Shown here piece after piece: positions 40,344 through 53,029 of a stretch of DNA of 64,000 nt. Numbering within the stretch: the first letter of the stretch is position 1; every line of letters starts with the position of its first letter. Made by a program: the position numbers and the translations under genes. The notes under the pieces were generated by a model. That model saw only the letters and a list, made by a program, of their open reading frames with translations. It had not been told where the DNA came from and did not search any database. Origin of the DNA: Macrostomum lignano (taxonomy: Eukaryota); the NCBI GenBank assembly GCA_002269645.1, contig NIVC01000917.1, positions 186,001-250,000 of the forward strand, in the 5' to 3' direction.

Positions 40344-41261
40344 TCAGACATTGTACATCAATCTGGGATTGTTGAAGTCGAGGAATTCTCGGTCGCTGCT
40401 GCTCATGCTGCTGCCGCCGCAGCCGCTGCCGCCGCCGACGCCGTTGCCGCCAACGCCCATGCCCGACGGCAGCGTCTGCGAAGGCGGCGGCGGCTTTGGC
40501 AGGCAGGGCTGGTCAATTCTTGGCACGTCGTACTCGTGCGACGAAGGCTGGTGAGTGTTGTAGCTGTAGGTTGCCGAGTACGGCGCCTGGTGCGGGTGCT
40601 GCGGCAGCGGCTGGTGCTGCTGCGGGTGGGGCAGCTGGTGCTGGTGGACGTAGGTTGCCCACAGTTTCTTGTCGCGCCGCTTATACCAGCGCACGAACTG
40701 GCAGGAGAGCATGAAGATCAGGCTGGTGGACATGAAGGTTCCAATCACGGCTATGATCATCTCCAGCAGGGTGAACTGCTTGTCATTGTCGCTCGCCGCG
40801 GCGCTGCCGCCTCGCCGCCCAGTCGGCTTCTCCGGTATCGCCGCGTCGCCACCGCTCGGCGCCTCGCCCGGCAGCGGCAACGTCGGCAGTGGCGGCTGCG
40901 GCGGCTGCGGCGGTTGCGGCGGCGGCCAGATGATCGTCAGGTTGAGCTGGGCCGACTGTCCGGCAGAGTCGGCCACCCGGACAGCGAGGCGTTGGCTGTC
41001 CAGGTTGGCGACTCGACGAACAAGGCGTTGGAAAGTGAAGCCGCTGTGAATTGGCAGTCGGCTGGAGTCGAAGAACCAGTCCAGGGGGCTGCCGTCCTCG
41101 CGTCTGTCGGCCAGGCAGCTGAGGCTGGCCGAGTCCTGGCCGAGCTGCAGGTCGACGCTGGCGATGCGCGGCGGCGGGCAGAGAAAGCGGGACGGCTCGA
41201 TCTTAGTGAGCTCGATGTCCATCAGATTGAAAGGTGACTTGCAGGTGGGCAGCTTCGACTT
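40344..41261 (-). CDS. LRR-Ig transmembrane protein, coding exon 2 (LRRCT end, Ig-like domain, Pro-rich stalk, TM helix, cytoplasmic tail)
   Basis: Acceptor catctacAG (41263-62), phase 0. KSKLPTCKSPFNLMDIELTKIEPSRFLCPPP completes the LRRCT (C..P..L...L......F.C); Ig-like SLSCLAD...LDWF; TM LLEMIIAVIGTFMSTSLIFMLSCQFV followed by RWYKRR; ends LMYNV*. Confidence 0.88.
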   Translation of the reverse strand, partial: KSKLPTCKSPFNLMDIELTKIEPSRFLCPPPRIASVDLQLGQDSASLSCLADRREDGSPLDWFFDSSRLPIHSGFTFQRLVRRVANLDSQRLAVRVADSAGQSAQLNLTIIWPPPQPPQPPQPPLPTLPLPGEAPSGGDAAIPEKPTGRRGGSAAASDNDKQFTLLEMIIAVIGTFMSTSLIFMLSCQFVRWYKRRDKKLWATYVHQHQLPHPQQHQPLPQHPHQAPYSATYSYNTHQPSSHEYDVPRIDQPCLPKPPPPSQTLPSGMGVGGNGVGGGSGCGGSSMSSSDREFLDFNNPRLMYNV

Positions 41262-41354
41262 CTGTAGATGTGGATGTTAGTATGCTTTTATAGACTCTGA
41301 GATGCAGTTAATATGAAGGGCACACAAATTAAGATCTGGAAACCCAGGAATCGG

Positions 41355-41590
41355 ACAGACTCGGACACTATATAGACTCAGACAATCTAGACCTCAGAAA
41401 CTCTAGACTTGGACACTCTAAAGACTCAGCTTCCCTATACTCGGACACAATGGACTCAGACACTAGACTCGGGCACTCTATAGACTCAGACACTCTTAGA
41501 CTTGGACACTATATAGACTCGGACACTCTAGATTCGTACACTATATAGACTCGGACACTAGAATCGGACACTATATAGACTCGGACAGTG
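41355..41590. repeat. Degenerate ~15-17-bp minisatellite (GGACACTCTAGACTC-like) in the LRR-Ig intron
   Basis: Recurrent AGACTC(G/A)GACAC(T)CTA motif. Confidence 0.75.
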
Positions 41591-42359
41591 CATGCTCACA
41601 AACTACTCCTAGTTTACTGAGTTCACGTCTCGCAGGCTCAGGTGGATGACGGGTGCGTGTTCAGATAAAAAACTGTAATCTACTTATTTCCTAGATAAAA
41701 AATAACAAGCCGACCAAATCCTACGAGTCTACGAGCGTAATAAAGATTTTGCCGCCCTCCAGTTTTTTTGCACACCCTGAGTATTTTGAGCGAGCAGATG
41801 TGGATGAGATGAGACCACTCTGACCCGGAATCTGGACGCAGGTTGAGTTGATGAAGCTGAGGCTCAATAAGAACAAAGAAAAGAAGCAACTGGAGGCAAA
41901 AGCTCGTTGAATCCATCAAATTGGTGAGAGAATTTACATGGCAAGGTCAGATGAGCACTCAGAAGCTCTCAATCGCGAACAAAGAAGCTGGGATATGGGT
42001 AGCTGTGGGTTTCGTACATCTGGAACATATGTATGAATGTGTCCAGCTTCTGGGTCCACCTGACTGACTTGCTAGTTTTTACAAAGGTACGAGCGTAATG
42101 CATGTTTGTGCATGGCGAAGAGGGGGCTTAGGTCAAGAGTGTCAATGTCTAGGAGCTGCAAAACTCTGCAGGTAGTAGAGTTTTTGAGTCACTAATTGTG
42201 TTCATGAAAACGCGTGTGATCAGCATCAGGCCACCACGGGTAGTTGGTTTTGCACCGGGGATTCGGGAAACTGCTGCAAGCAGTCAGGCCCTCCGCCGCA
42301 CACGCTCACACAAGGTGTACAGCGGCCCTGACTTTCGAATCGTCAGGCAGTAATAATGG

Positions 42360-42675
42360 TGATAATAATAATAACAATAATTAATTACACCTGCCCCAAT
42401 AGCCAGATGTGCAGCCGACAGCTCAGCCGCAGCTATTGCGCGCCGCATCTGAAGGCTGCGTACGGCTGTTCAGTCCAAGGACTGGGGGGGGTCGCCACAC
42501 GCACCCTCAAATACCCCAGCTAATGCTGGCACCCATTTAACAGCTGAGTGAATTGAAGCAATGCAGAGTTAAGTGTCTTGCTCAAGGACACAATTTGTTC
42601 CAAGTGGGTCGAGAATCGAACCCCCGACCTTTTCATTCGTAAGTCTGACGCTCTAACGACTAGGCTACAACCCCC
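42360..42675 (-). mobile_element. Near-full-length CORE-type tRNA-SINE (family B) in the LRR-Ig intron
   Basis: A box TAGCCTAGTCG, B box GGTTCGATTC, CORE domain, (TAT)n tail; matches 25610-25921. Confidence 0.87.
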
Positions 42676-42786
42676 TCTGGCTACAATCCCCTCTGGCTAC
42701 AACCTCCCTCAGGCGTGGGATGGAAGGCCTCTATGGGAAGGAACCCATGGGTGAGTATTAAGCAAGTTGATCACAAATGAAATTAC

Positions 42787-43572
42787 CCGCATGGCCGCCG
42801 GGGACACCAACTCCCAGCTGACTGATTCGCGCAGCCATCGGTTGGCGCAGGTGCATTGCAGCGGATTGCCGTCCAGGTAGAACACGGTCAGTCTGGTGAC
42901 GAGCGGTTGAGCAGCACTGGGCACCAGACTAATCTGATTCTCTGAGAGAGTCAACTCCTTCAAGCCTTGGATTTTGAGCAGAGCAAAGGTGGGAAACTCG
43001 GTCAGCTGACACTTGGACAGGATGAGCTGCCGCAGGGTGACGCCTTCGAACGCCAGCGAATTATTGAGCTGCAATTCGCGATTCTCGCTCAGCTTCACCT
43101 GCTTCATCGTCAACCGGCCGAACATTCGATCCGGCAGCTGGCGCAGGCTGTTGTCGCTGGCGTCGAACTCCTCCAGCCGGCTCAGGCCCTCCAAAGCGTC
43201 CGGATCGATTGTCCGCAGGTCGCAGCGCACAATGATGACCTTCTTCAGGTTGGAGAAGCGAGCTAAGAGGTCACGGCTGAGCCGCTGCTCAGTCATCTTC
43301 GGAGTGTTCTTGCAGTTCACGTAGAGCTCCTCGAAACTGTTGGACTGCAGATTCAGGGCTTCCAGCTCCGACTGCGTGGGAATCAGCTTCCCCAGGTGCA
43401 CACTGCCCGTCAGCTTGTCCTGAGCCTTTTCAAAGTCGCATGTCAGGGTGTACCGGTCGCAGACGCACATTCCGCAATTGCTGATGTTGGCAAAGGAGCT
43501 GTCAACATTGAGCAGCAGCTGCACCAGCGGAAAGGCTAGGATAGTGGCTGCCAGCTGCCAGCGGTGCTTCAT
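42787..43572 (-). CDS. LRR-Ig transmembrane protein, coding exon 1 (signal peptide, LRRNT, ~6 LRRs, LRRCT start); total ~567 aa, LIG/Kekkon-type architecture
   Basis: ATG at 43572 (MKHRWQLAATILAFPLVQLLLNVDSSFA, signal-peptide-like); CGMCVC N-cap; repeats LEALNLQSNSF, LEEFDASDNSL, LRQLILSKCQL, LKELTLSENQI, LTVFYLDGNPLQCTCANRWL; donor CGG|GTAATT at 42786, in phase with exon 2. Confidence 0.9.
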
Positions 43573-44293
43573 CGCGTCACTCGAGGTTCGTCCGTCTGAT
43601 TTCGTAGGCTGAAAGAATTCAAACATTGAGTTGAAGTCAAGCTCGTGTGTACTTTAAGTTTAAGCTAGAGCTAGAGATACGTTGCAGGGTGACTAACTGT
43701 ACAGTGCAGAGACTGGGTGCTGGGTCGCAGCCCCCCACCGTACTCTGTATTTCTACTGCAGCTGCTACCCTATCACAGCAGGGCGAGCCCTGGAGCTCTC
43801 AGTTGAATTTGCCATTCCGCTCTTACACAGTGGCTGACTTAAAAGATGACGCAAGCATTACAAGCGCTATGTTAATTTTTACTCTCTAAATGCAAGTGTG
43901 TACTTGGCAAGAATGCTAGGGCAGGGCTCAATCAGCATGGTGCTGCCTCACCCCCTATACACGGCTTGGAGACGTCTTCTGGACAAAATTAGCAACAGCT
44001 GGCAGAGGTATGGAAAGAGGGGAAATCTGCAAATCTGTCCAGCAAAGCTGCACGATGAGAAAGAGAAGCAGATCCGCTGGCTGTCTGCGCGCAGCAATGG
44101 AAATTAGCTGCCGGCAGATCTAGATTAGCTGTCACTTCGGCTAAGTCCAAAGTCGGTCAGATTAACTAAGCCAAGAAGGAAGAATTGAAGCAGAGCTCAT
44201 TGCTTTCACTTTTTTCTGTGCTTTTTTCAATAGTTTTTCTCAAAGGAAGTCTTGAGCAGCGGTCATTGCATAGAGGAATGCGTTCCTAGAGAC

Positions 44294-44634
44294 AGGGGCT
44301 GTGAGCACCCTGGCGCACTTTAAGCGACATAGGCACACAACCGGCGAGAGGCATTGCTGCCCATTCCGCCGACTCCCCTGAGCAGGCACACAAGCGAGTA
44401 GATACGTACGCAGTCATACGCACAGGCACACACTCAGGTACAGCGGACCTAACTTTTTATCGTTAGGCATGTACACTTCACTGTGCCTTGGGGGTTGGCC
44501 TTCTAGGGCGTTAATTGCACGAGCAGAGCCAAGCTGAGATTCCAATTTAGCCCCAAATTAATGTGACTGCACTTGGAATCGAGCCTGGGCCGCTGGCACG
44601 TCAGAGCGCCGCGCCAGACCACTGGGCTACGGCC
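44294..44634 (-). mobile_element. Full-length tRNA-derived SINE, family A
   Basis: Minus-strand head GGCCGTAGCCCAGTGGTCTGGCGCGG...CCCAGGCTCGATTCC (A box TAGCCCAGTGG, B box GGCTCGATTCC) followed by the family A body. Confidence 0.8.
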
Positions 44635-47600
44635 TTCGTTCCAGTATCAATTGTAAACTAGCTGGTTTTACATCGCGTGCATGCGTAGATCTACTTCACT
44701 GATTGAACTTATTAGCTGATGATGCAAATACTAATCTCAATCAGTCGGCAAGACAGGCGAGTAATAAAAAGATCAAGAGAGGGGGGATATCGAACGAGCT
44801 TCACAGAGAAAAGGAAACCGAAATATTTCGAGTGATTAATTAGAATGCCAGGAAGGGAGAGATGGGGTGGGGCAGACTGGCAGAGAGAGGCATCATCCTG
44901 ATCGGGATTCTGATCCATGACTGCTCGGCGGGCGCTGCATCATAGCCATGGCGGAAGCTGTCTAGCTCTACTCCTCTCCTATAGCCCGAGTGAGTGCTCA
45001 GATCGGTAAAGCCTCTAGTAGCCAGCTAATATTGCCAAACTGAAAAGTTAGCATCGGATTAGCGTCAGTGGCAATATAAGCAAGCAATGCACTGCAGCAT
45101 AGTCGCATCATGGAGGGTGTAGGGGGCTGGGATGGCCTGGGAGCAAGTGATATATTGGCTGCTCTAACTAATTTCATGTCCTGCCGCTAGGGTTGGGGAG
45201 GCCGTGCCGGCATAGGAAAAGACCTTGGACTAATACAAGCGCGCGAATTAGGGTGCCGGGAAGCAAATAAACTCATGCCGACGACTATAGCAATGCTCAA
45301 CCCCCCCCCCCAGAAACTGAGTGCAGGCCGGCTTATTGGGAGAATTATCCTCCACCCCTAGGAAGCGAGGCGGTAGCATATAGTGCAGTCTATGAGAGTA
45401 GGAAATTCCCGGGCAAATCTTAACTGCGGTATTAGTTAGTTTAGAGCAACAGCTGGGGCACGAAAGACATCATCAATCATTTGCCTCTCTCTCCGTATTA
45501 CCAGCCAACAGCACATTATCATATTTTATGCAAGAACTTTCCACATAGTTGGAGAGGCATTAGGCAACTCAAGCAAGAGTCAAGCAGTGGACGGACTAAC
45601 ATGTAGTTGATGAAAAAAGGCAAATGTTTCGGCCATTTTTTCACGTCTCCGGGAGGTTTAGCCCCGGGTTGCGTGTGGCCAAGGCCTTAGCGGGATTTAG
45701 TGGGATGCTCAGTAACAAGCCAAGGGCTTCAGTTGAAAAGACGGGGGCGCCAGCAGCTTAAATTCCTGAAATCCTAAAGCCGAATTGCGACGAGGTGAGC
45801 GGGAACTTTTTTGTAATTTAGTTTTTCTTTTCCTTCTGTCTTGACAAGGGGGGGGGGGGCAGAGAGTAGGCATAGTAGGGTAGTTTCTAAGAATTCGTTC
45901 ATGTCTCTTCTCGGCTTGGCGTCCCCGGTGAGTTTTATGATCACTCAGATTGGAAACGGTGAGATAGGCTTAGATTAGTCTACTTTAGTCCGCAAGTCCG
46001 ACTTACCGACCGGATGAGGCGTTTGGGAATTCGAATGGGCCCGGAGGAGGAGGGGACGACCTGTGCAGCACAGAACAGGCGGGTATATGTGTGTATATAT
46101 ATATATATATGTAGGATTTGGGAGCTGAGGGGCATAACCCGGTCCCCGGATCCCTAAGCTCCCCGCCTCCTGCAGTCCGGCCCCGATGCCTCACAGGCCG
46201 CTGGCACGGACGCATCTCGTGGAAAATCAGATTTTCAAGTGGAAGAAGATTGAGTAGATGAGGCTATAGATGGGGTTGAATGAGTTGAGAAAGGGAGGGT
46301 TGCAAAGCGCCAGCGAGTGAGAGAAAAAAACTGATGAAGAAGTTCAGTGGGGAAGCTAGGGAGCTGAACTGGGGCGAGGGCCATGCGAGAAATGAAAGAG
46401 GCGTGAGTCAATTTAGAGGGCTTGCCCAGCCTTTTCCTTCCCCTCACTTACCCTCAGTTCCTTAATATACGCCTCCCGCAGCTGGCAGTCGAAAACAAAT
46501 CACTGTCGAAGTCTCTTTGCCCCTAAATCTTTCTCTTAATATATTTCATTCAGAATTTATTCTCAGTCTCTCCGCCGCCTTTATTACGGACTGTTCCAGC
46601 ACGGAAGCTTGGAGCCCCGCTTCGGGGTGACTCAGTTTTGGTCTGGCGGAAAGACTTCATCAGTGGAGAAAAGATAGAAAGCGATGAAGGGAGAGGGGAA
46701 GCCGAGGCCAATTGAGTGAAGAGAAAATGGCACAATAAAAGCCCTAATTGGCAAGACTTCGGGCCGGCCCAAAGCTAGTTGAATTATATAGTCTATGGCC
46801 GGGGACGAGCCGCCAGCAGCGAGAGGGAGAGAGAATCTATTTTTGGATACGCTTATGTCTATGGCGCAAAAGCTTGAGGCAAAAGTGCGAAAAAAAGCAA
46901 GAGCTAAAAATCGAAATTACCTTTTAGTGAATCGCAGCCAAAAGTCGATTCCTTATGCAAATAACAGCTTCTTTGTCTGCTTCAGACAGCAGCAGACAGC
47001 AGCGCCAGGAAATAATGAATCTGTAGAGGGGTGGATCACCACTCTCGCGGCAGGACTAAATAGGAATGCACAACGGAGAAGATTTAGTTAGAAACTATTT
47101 TGGTTACAGTCTCTGTCTGTTAGAGGCCGGCAATTCAAAGCCGTATTTGGTTCGGCCTCCCTGCCCCGCTGTGGGTGCAAAAGGTAAAGGGAGTAATAAA
47201 GAGAGGGTGAGAGAACAGACACCAGCCGAGCTGCGAACTGAGGAGAGAGAGGCCTTCCACTTCTATTTTGGAGTCCATTCATTATAAAACTGGCCCCTCT
47301 CCCCTCCGGAGGGTTGGGCGCGGCAGGCTGGGGGCTGTGACGGAGTCTGGGGCTAAAGCGGCCGCGCTTCATTGGCCCGCGAAGTTGATTGAGCCAACGC
47401 ATTGTCTGCACTGGATGGTGCTTTGCTGGAAGGACGAAGTACTCGTATGCTACGGTATGGCAGGCCACTACAGAGAGCCTCTGCTTCTGCCCTCTACCCC
47501 CCAGCAACACTAGTCTAGTGGACAGGGCTGCAGGGGAGGGGGTGAGGCAACCATTTTCCAGTCGACACAATAGGCGATACAATTATTTAATAGAACGAAT

Positions 47601-48613
47601 ATAAATGAAAAAGCATAATTGTTTCACGTGCCGCCCGGCACCGAGTATTCGTGAGTACAGCGGCTGGAAAAGAGAAGAGAAGCCGCCGATTCTGTGTGAC
47701 CTGATGCGTATGCAAGCTCTGCGAATGACTACTGCCCTGTGCATACCAGTATTCTATCTCTTGCACTGGGCTGGGCGCACGTTGAATCTTTTCATCATTT
47801 TTCTATTTTGCTGTCAATTAAGTTTCTCGCGGAAAAAAGAGAAGACATTGCAGAAATATACTAGTAGGACCAAATAACTAGTTGCAAAACTTGCTATGTG
47901 AAATATTTATGTAGTCGGACAGCACCTTGAAGTTCGGAACAGCGTTAAGAAGTGACCAGTTGGTCTTGGATTTGAATACAGATTAGTACAACACATGAAT
48001 GCACTTCCTTTTTAGCTGCACTGCATTGGTAGGGAGGTTGATTAATGCTAATTTTTCTATTAGGTGTTTATATTGACATTTAACTGTGCACCGCTGCCAC
48101 TCTTCTCTTCCCTTGAAGTTAAGAACATATAGGAGAGAAATAAAGAAGAGATTGGGCGGGGCTATTGAGGACTGCAGCACTGTCTCATTGCCCTGTTCGT
48201 GTCATTGACGAAATACTATGTGCACAAGCTATATTGAGTCAAATATTGCCACTTTGGCTTCTGGAGTAGCAATGCAGCTCTGCCTCAACTGCCCTGCCCT
48301 CCCTAAGCGCTCATTATAATCCCGCACGCAAGGCAAAAAGCCGCTATGGTCCCGCTTTCCCCCTTCCCCTGTCTTGTTTCGCTGGCAATTCTGTTTTCAA
48401 TTGCTCACCGAAAAAATCGATTGATTCATCTGTGCTCAACCCCCCCCCCCTAATCCTAGACCTATAGAGGAGCGTACGCTATTAGCAAAGGTTCCTCTAC
48501 TCACTGCTGCACTGTTGACGAGTATGAGAACCGTAGCCAGTTGTCTTTAGGATGCAGAAGTACTATGGTGACAATGGGCGAATATTCGAATTGAATTACC
48601 TACTAGGAGCGTA

Positions 48614-49387
48614 CAGGCGCGTCGCCACCGGGGGGGGGGGACAGGGAGGACATGCCCCCCAGTAAATGCTTTGGGGGGGGGCATGCCAATGCTTTGTCCC
48701 CCCTACCCAATTGTGCCAAAAGAGTGCCTTCGGCGCCAAAATGAGTGCCTTCGGCGCCAAAATGAGTGCCTTCGGCGCCAAAATGAGTGCCTTCGGCGCC
48801 AAAATGAGTGCCTTCGGCGCCAAAATGAGTGCCTTCGGCGCTAAAATGAGTGCCTTCGGCGCCAAAATGAGTGCCTTCGGCGCCAAAATGAGTGCCTTCG
48901 GCGCCAAAATGAGTGCCTTCGGCGCCAAAATGAGTGCCTTCGGCGCCAAAATGAGTGCCTTCGGCGCCAAAATGAGTGCCTTCGGCGCCAAAATGAGTGC
49001 CTTCGGCGCTAAAATGAGTGCCTTCGGCGCCAAAATGAGTGCCTTCGGCGCCAAAATGAGTGCCTTCGGCGCCAAAATGAGTGCCTTCGGCGCCAAAATG
49101 AGTGCCTTCGGCGCCAAAATGAGTGCGTACGGCGCCAAAATGAGTACCTTCGGCGCTAAAATGAGTGCCTACGGCGCTAAAATGAGTGCCTACGGCGCCC
49201 AAAATGAGTGCCTACGGCGCCAAAATGAGTGCCTACGGCGCCAAAATCAGTGCCTACGGCGCCAAAATGAGCGCTGACAACAAGATTCTCAAAATAATGG
49301 AAATGCAGGAATTTAGTCATGTACATGTACATGTTGAATTATTGGCTTTGTCCCCCCCCCATCATGAAATCCATGGCGACGCCCCTG
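48614..49387. mobile_element. 774-bp hAT-type MITE containing a 21-bp minisatellite
   Basis: TIRs CAGGCGCGTCGCCA and TGGCGACGCCCCTG (13/14 match); perfect 8-bp TSD GGAGCGTA (48606-13, 49388-95). Confidence 0.92.
48722..49270. repeat. 21-bp minisatellite (GAGTGCCTTCGGCGCCAAAAT), ~26 copies, inside the MITE
   Basis: Direct repetition. Confidence 0.97.
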
Positions 49388-49954
49388 GGAGCGTATATAT
49401 ACTATTTTATCTTTGTCAGCTGTTCACTAAATAAAGTCCTGATAATCTGACAGACGCCCATTAACGTCATTGGTGGTGCTCAACCTATATGAAACTGAAT
49501 TTCAAATGCAAAAGAGCTAACAGTTGACAAACATTCAACACGTTTCAGTCAGCCAGTGTTGCACCCCTCGTCGGAACAAACGAAATAATCTTTTCCTGAC
49601 TTGCATTGCACATTTATGCAAATGACGGACTTTCAGCCAGCCTTTAGTCTGGTCTGGTCTGGTCTGAGCGAGAATGCAAATTCGCCCAACCCAGCTCACC
49701 AAGATCGCCCGTCAAAATATAGAATCTTTTTTCCCAACGGGAGCACAGAGAGGAACTGCTGTCAGTGAGCCAGGGCGAGGAGGAGTTGAAGAAGGTAATT
49801 GCATTGACTGGGAGAGTCAATTGACTAACTGAGATGCAGATGAGCTGCTGCAGAAACCTGCCAGTATGTGCATATGGGGGCCAGCCATCTGCACTGCAGG
49901 ATCTCGTTCGAGTTTATGTCGGTCCTGCTTGGCCATTTTGTTTCCTTAACTGCT

Positions 49955-50960
49955 ATCTCACGGATATCTCATCTCACTGATATCTCATCTCTCCGATATC
50001 TCATCTTACCGATATCTCATCTCTCCGATATCTCATCTCTCCGATATCTCATCTCACCGATATCTCATCGCTCCGATATCTCATCTCACCGATATCTCAT
50101 CGCTCCGATATCTCATCCCACCGATATCTCATCCTACAGATATCTCATCTCACCGATATCTCATCGCTCCGATATCTCATCTCACCGATATCTCATCGCT
50201 CCGATATCTCATCTCACCGATATCTCATCGCTCCGATATCTCATCTCACCGATATCTCATCCTACAGATATCTCATCGCTCCGATATCTCATCTCACCGA
50301 TATCTCATCGCTCCGATATCTCATCTCACCGATATCTCATCCTACAGATATCTCATCTCACCGATATCTCATCTCACCGATATCTCATCTCACCGATATC
50401 TCATCCCACTGATATCTCATCCTACAGATATCTCATCTCTCCGATGTCTCATCTCTCCGATATCTCATCTCTCCGATACCTCATCTCTCCGATATCTCAT
50501 CACAAAAGATTCGATCACACCGATATCTCATCACACCGATATCTGAGCACACCGATATCTCATCACACTGATATCTGAGCACATCGATATCTCATCACAC
50601 CGATATCTCATCACACCGATATCTGAGCACACCGATATCTGAGCACACCGATATCTCATCACACCGATATCTCATCACACCAATATCTCTCATCACACTG
50701 ATATCTGAGCACATCGATATCTCATCACACCGATATCTCATCACACCGATATCTGAGCACACCGATATCTCATCACACCGATAACTCATCACACCGATAT
50801 CTCAGCACCGATATCTCATCACGAAAGATATGAGCACACCGATATCTGAGCACACCGATAACTGATATCTCATCACTTCGACATCTCATCACATCGATAT
50901 CTCATTACTCGCATATCTCATCACGAAAGATCTGATCCCACCGGTATCTTTGCACGAATA
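49955..50960. repeat. 16-bp minisatellite (CCGATATCTCATCTCA), two variant domains
   Basis: Direct repetition; the right half switches to CCGATATCTCATCACA / CCGATATCTGAGCACA. Confidence 0.96.
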
Positions 50961-53029
50961 TCTCATCGTGCAGATACTTGCATCATGTCACACTGATCTC
51001 TGTCTAATCATACATATATCTCATCTCACTGTTGTCTAGCCAGTCTCACCATCTCAATCATTAATCAATCTAGTCTCTGTTTCCCCAAAAGAATGTAACC
51101 CATTATTCTGTTTGAACTGGCAATTTTCTCCCGTGTCCCTCGCGTCAGTCGCTTACTTCACCCGGGACATCCCAACAAGTAGGGCTGATCAATTGGCCCT
51201 CAGACAGAAGTGCCACTGTAATCTTTCTCTTCCTTCTTCTCTCCTGTTTTACGATAGGGTCTTAATAACCACCCGCCAGCGAAATCCGCCCCGTTTGGTG
51301 TAGGCGATAGCTAAGCAATAGTCTGGGCTTAACGCCGTTGATCTTACCCGGCGCAAATCCGCTTATTAATATGATATTGGCGGCGAAACTTGAAACTGAC
51401 CCCAATAATATAGATGGCTGCCGCAAATATAAGCTGTCTGCAGTGAACATGCCCTGCGGGTGGGATGAATCTGTGAGTCACGGGCCGCTAAATCCTCTGC
51501 AGCCCCCTCACCTATCCAGTACGCATTCACCCTGCCTTCCCCATCTCCCTGTACATAGTTAAATCCCCCCTTAAGCGGCAGATTTAAGCGCCAGTTGGTA
51601 TTGGAAATTTATCTTCAATTAAAATACGGCGGGTTTCAATGTTGTTAAGATTGAAGACTTTTTCAGAAGCTTTGTGTGCGACAGTTGGACAGCTGGAGCA
51701 CTGAGAGACGTTCAATCACTGACTGAGACTTGGGAGCGTACATTCAGAGCTGAATCAAGGATGCTTGAGCCGGGCATGGTTGATCCGCAATCATAAAAAG
51801 ACACCTCCGTAGCGGACTCGCAACTGAGTGAGTCTATTCACAGAATCGCCAACTGCATATGTGCTCAGCCCCTGTGTAGTGACAATAATCTGGGCCTCCA
51901 GCTTTATAAACCTAGCAGAATCAGGCAGCCGTAAATGATTGAAGGCCATGCTGCTATGCCATTCCTTTGTGCCCTCTCTCCTAGAAGAGACTCAGGAAGT
52001 TGTCACAATTGGAGAGCGCATTCTTTGTGAATGTTTCGTTAAAGTATCGGGAGTTGAACGCCCTAGGGTGGGGGGGGGGCAAGTTTTGAGTTGAGCAGGT
52101 TTATAAGGGGTCAGAGCTAAAAATAATAGAATGGGATCAACAGAAGTGGCCCTCTGGTGCGCTGCGTGAGGCACAAAAGAAAGAAAAAGAGAATGCGAAT
52201 CGGGGAAGAAAAAATCAGGGCGGAAGTCCTGCTTGCTGATACAGGACCGGCTTAGAACTGCCTGACAGGTGCTGGGGCTCAAAGATCTCGATGGTCTCCA
52301 TTGTCTTCTCCGCCAGACGAAACCCCGTGGCCACAAGTCTGTCTCATCCTGCTTTTTTTGCGCCCTTAAGCAGCCACCTGCTGTGCTTTTTCCGTACCTT
52401 GTATAAAGTTGTGATTTTTCTGCTTCTTTAAAGCTGCATTGTTACTTCATCTATTAATTAACCTGGGTCTCTGCTCTGGGGATACAGAACAGCGTGGATT
52501 GCAGAATGCAATTATTCAAGCAGATTTTTTAAAGCAGGGGGATGCTCATTTAGTCTTTGTTGCGCTTGCGAAAATGGCAAATTGTGGCTTGATCCAGTTA
52601 CATTGGGTGTGTTTTGTCTTGATGCTTATTTAATTTAATATTTGGAGACTGCTGTCATTTATTAACAGGATTTTGGCTTGTTCCTTCTCAGGCCTGTAAA
52701 AAAAGAACTACAAGTATGATCCCGGAACAATTTCAAAACCGATAATTAAAATTGATCGCTTAAAGAGTTCTACTTTGTTTTAATGTAGGACATTTTGGAG
52801 AGTTGATCTGAAAGAGATGCGCGCACCGGCACAAGCGCGCTCTGGCAGAGGCGCAAATTTTAGGCAGGGTCCGGCGGACATGAGAGCAATATTGGTTCGA
52901 CTCTGACACCCATCATCAAGAAATCAGGGCTTGCTCACTCTGCCATCAAATTCAACAGCAAAAGACGCAGCCCAGTAACCATCACCCAAATGGGCCCTGC
53001 AAGTTGAACAGCAGGATGTCCTGTAGAGG

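Noticed and set aside
41930-42060. Possible middle exon of the LRR-Ig gene
   Set aside because: Weak acceptor; exons 1 and 2 already join in phase 0 and complete the LRRCT motif.
44560-44634. tRNA-like cloverleaf heads (also ~25850-25921 and ~42600-42675)
   Set aside because: They run directly into SINE bodies and lack a proper acceptor stem; SINE heads, not tRNA genes.
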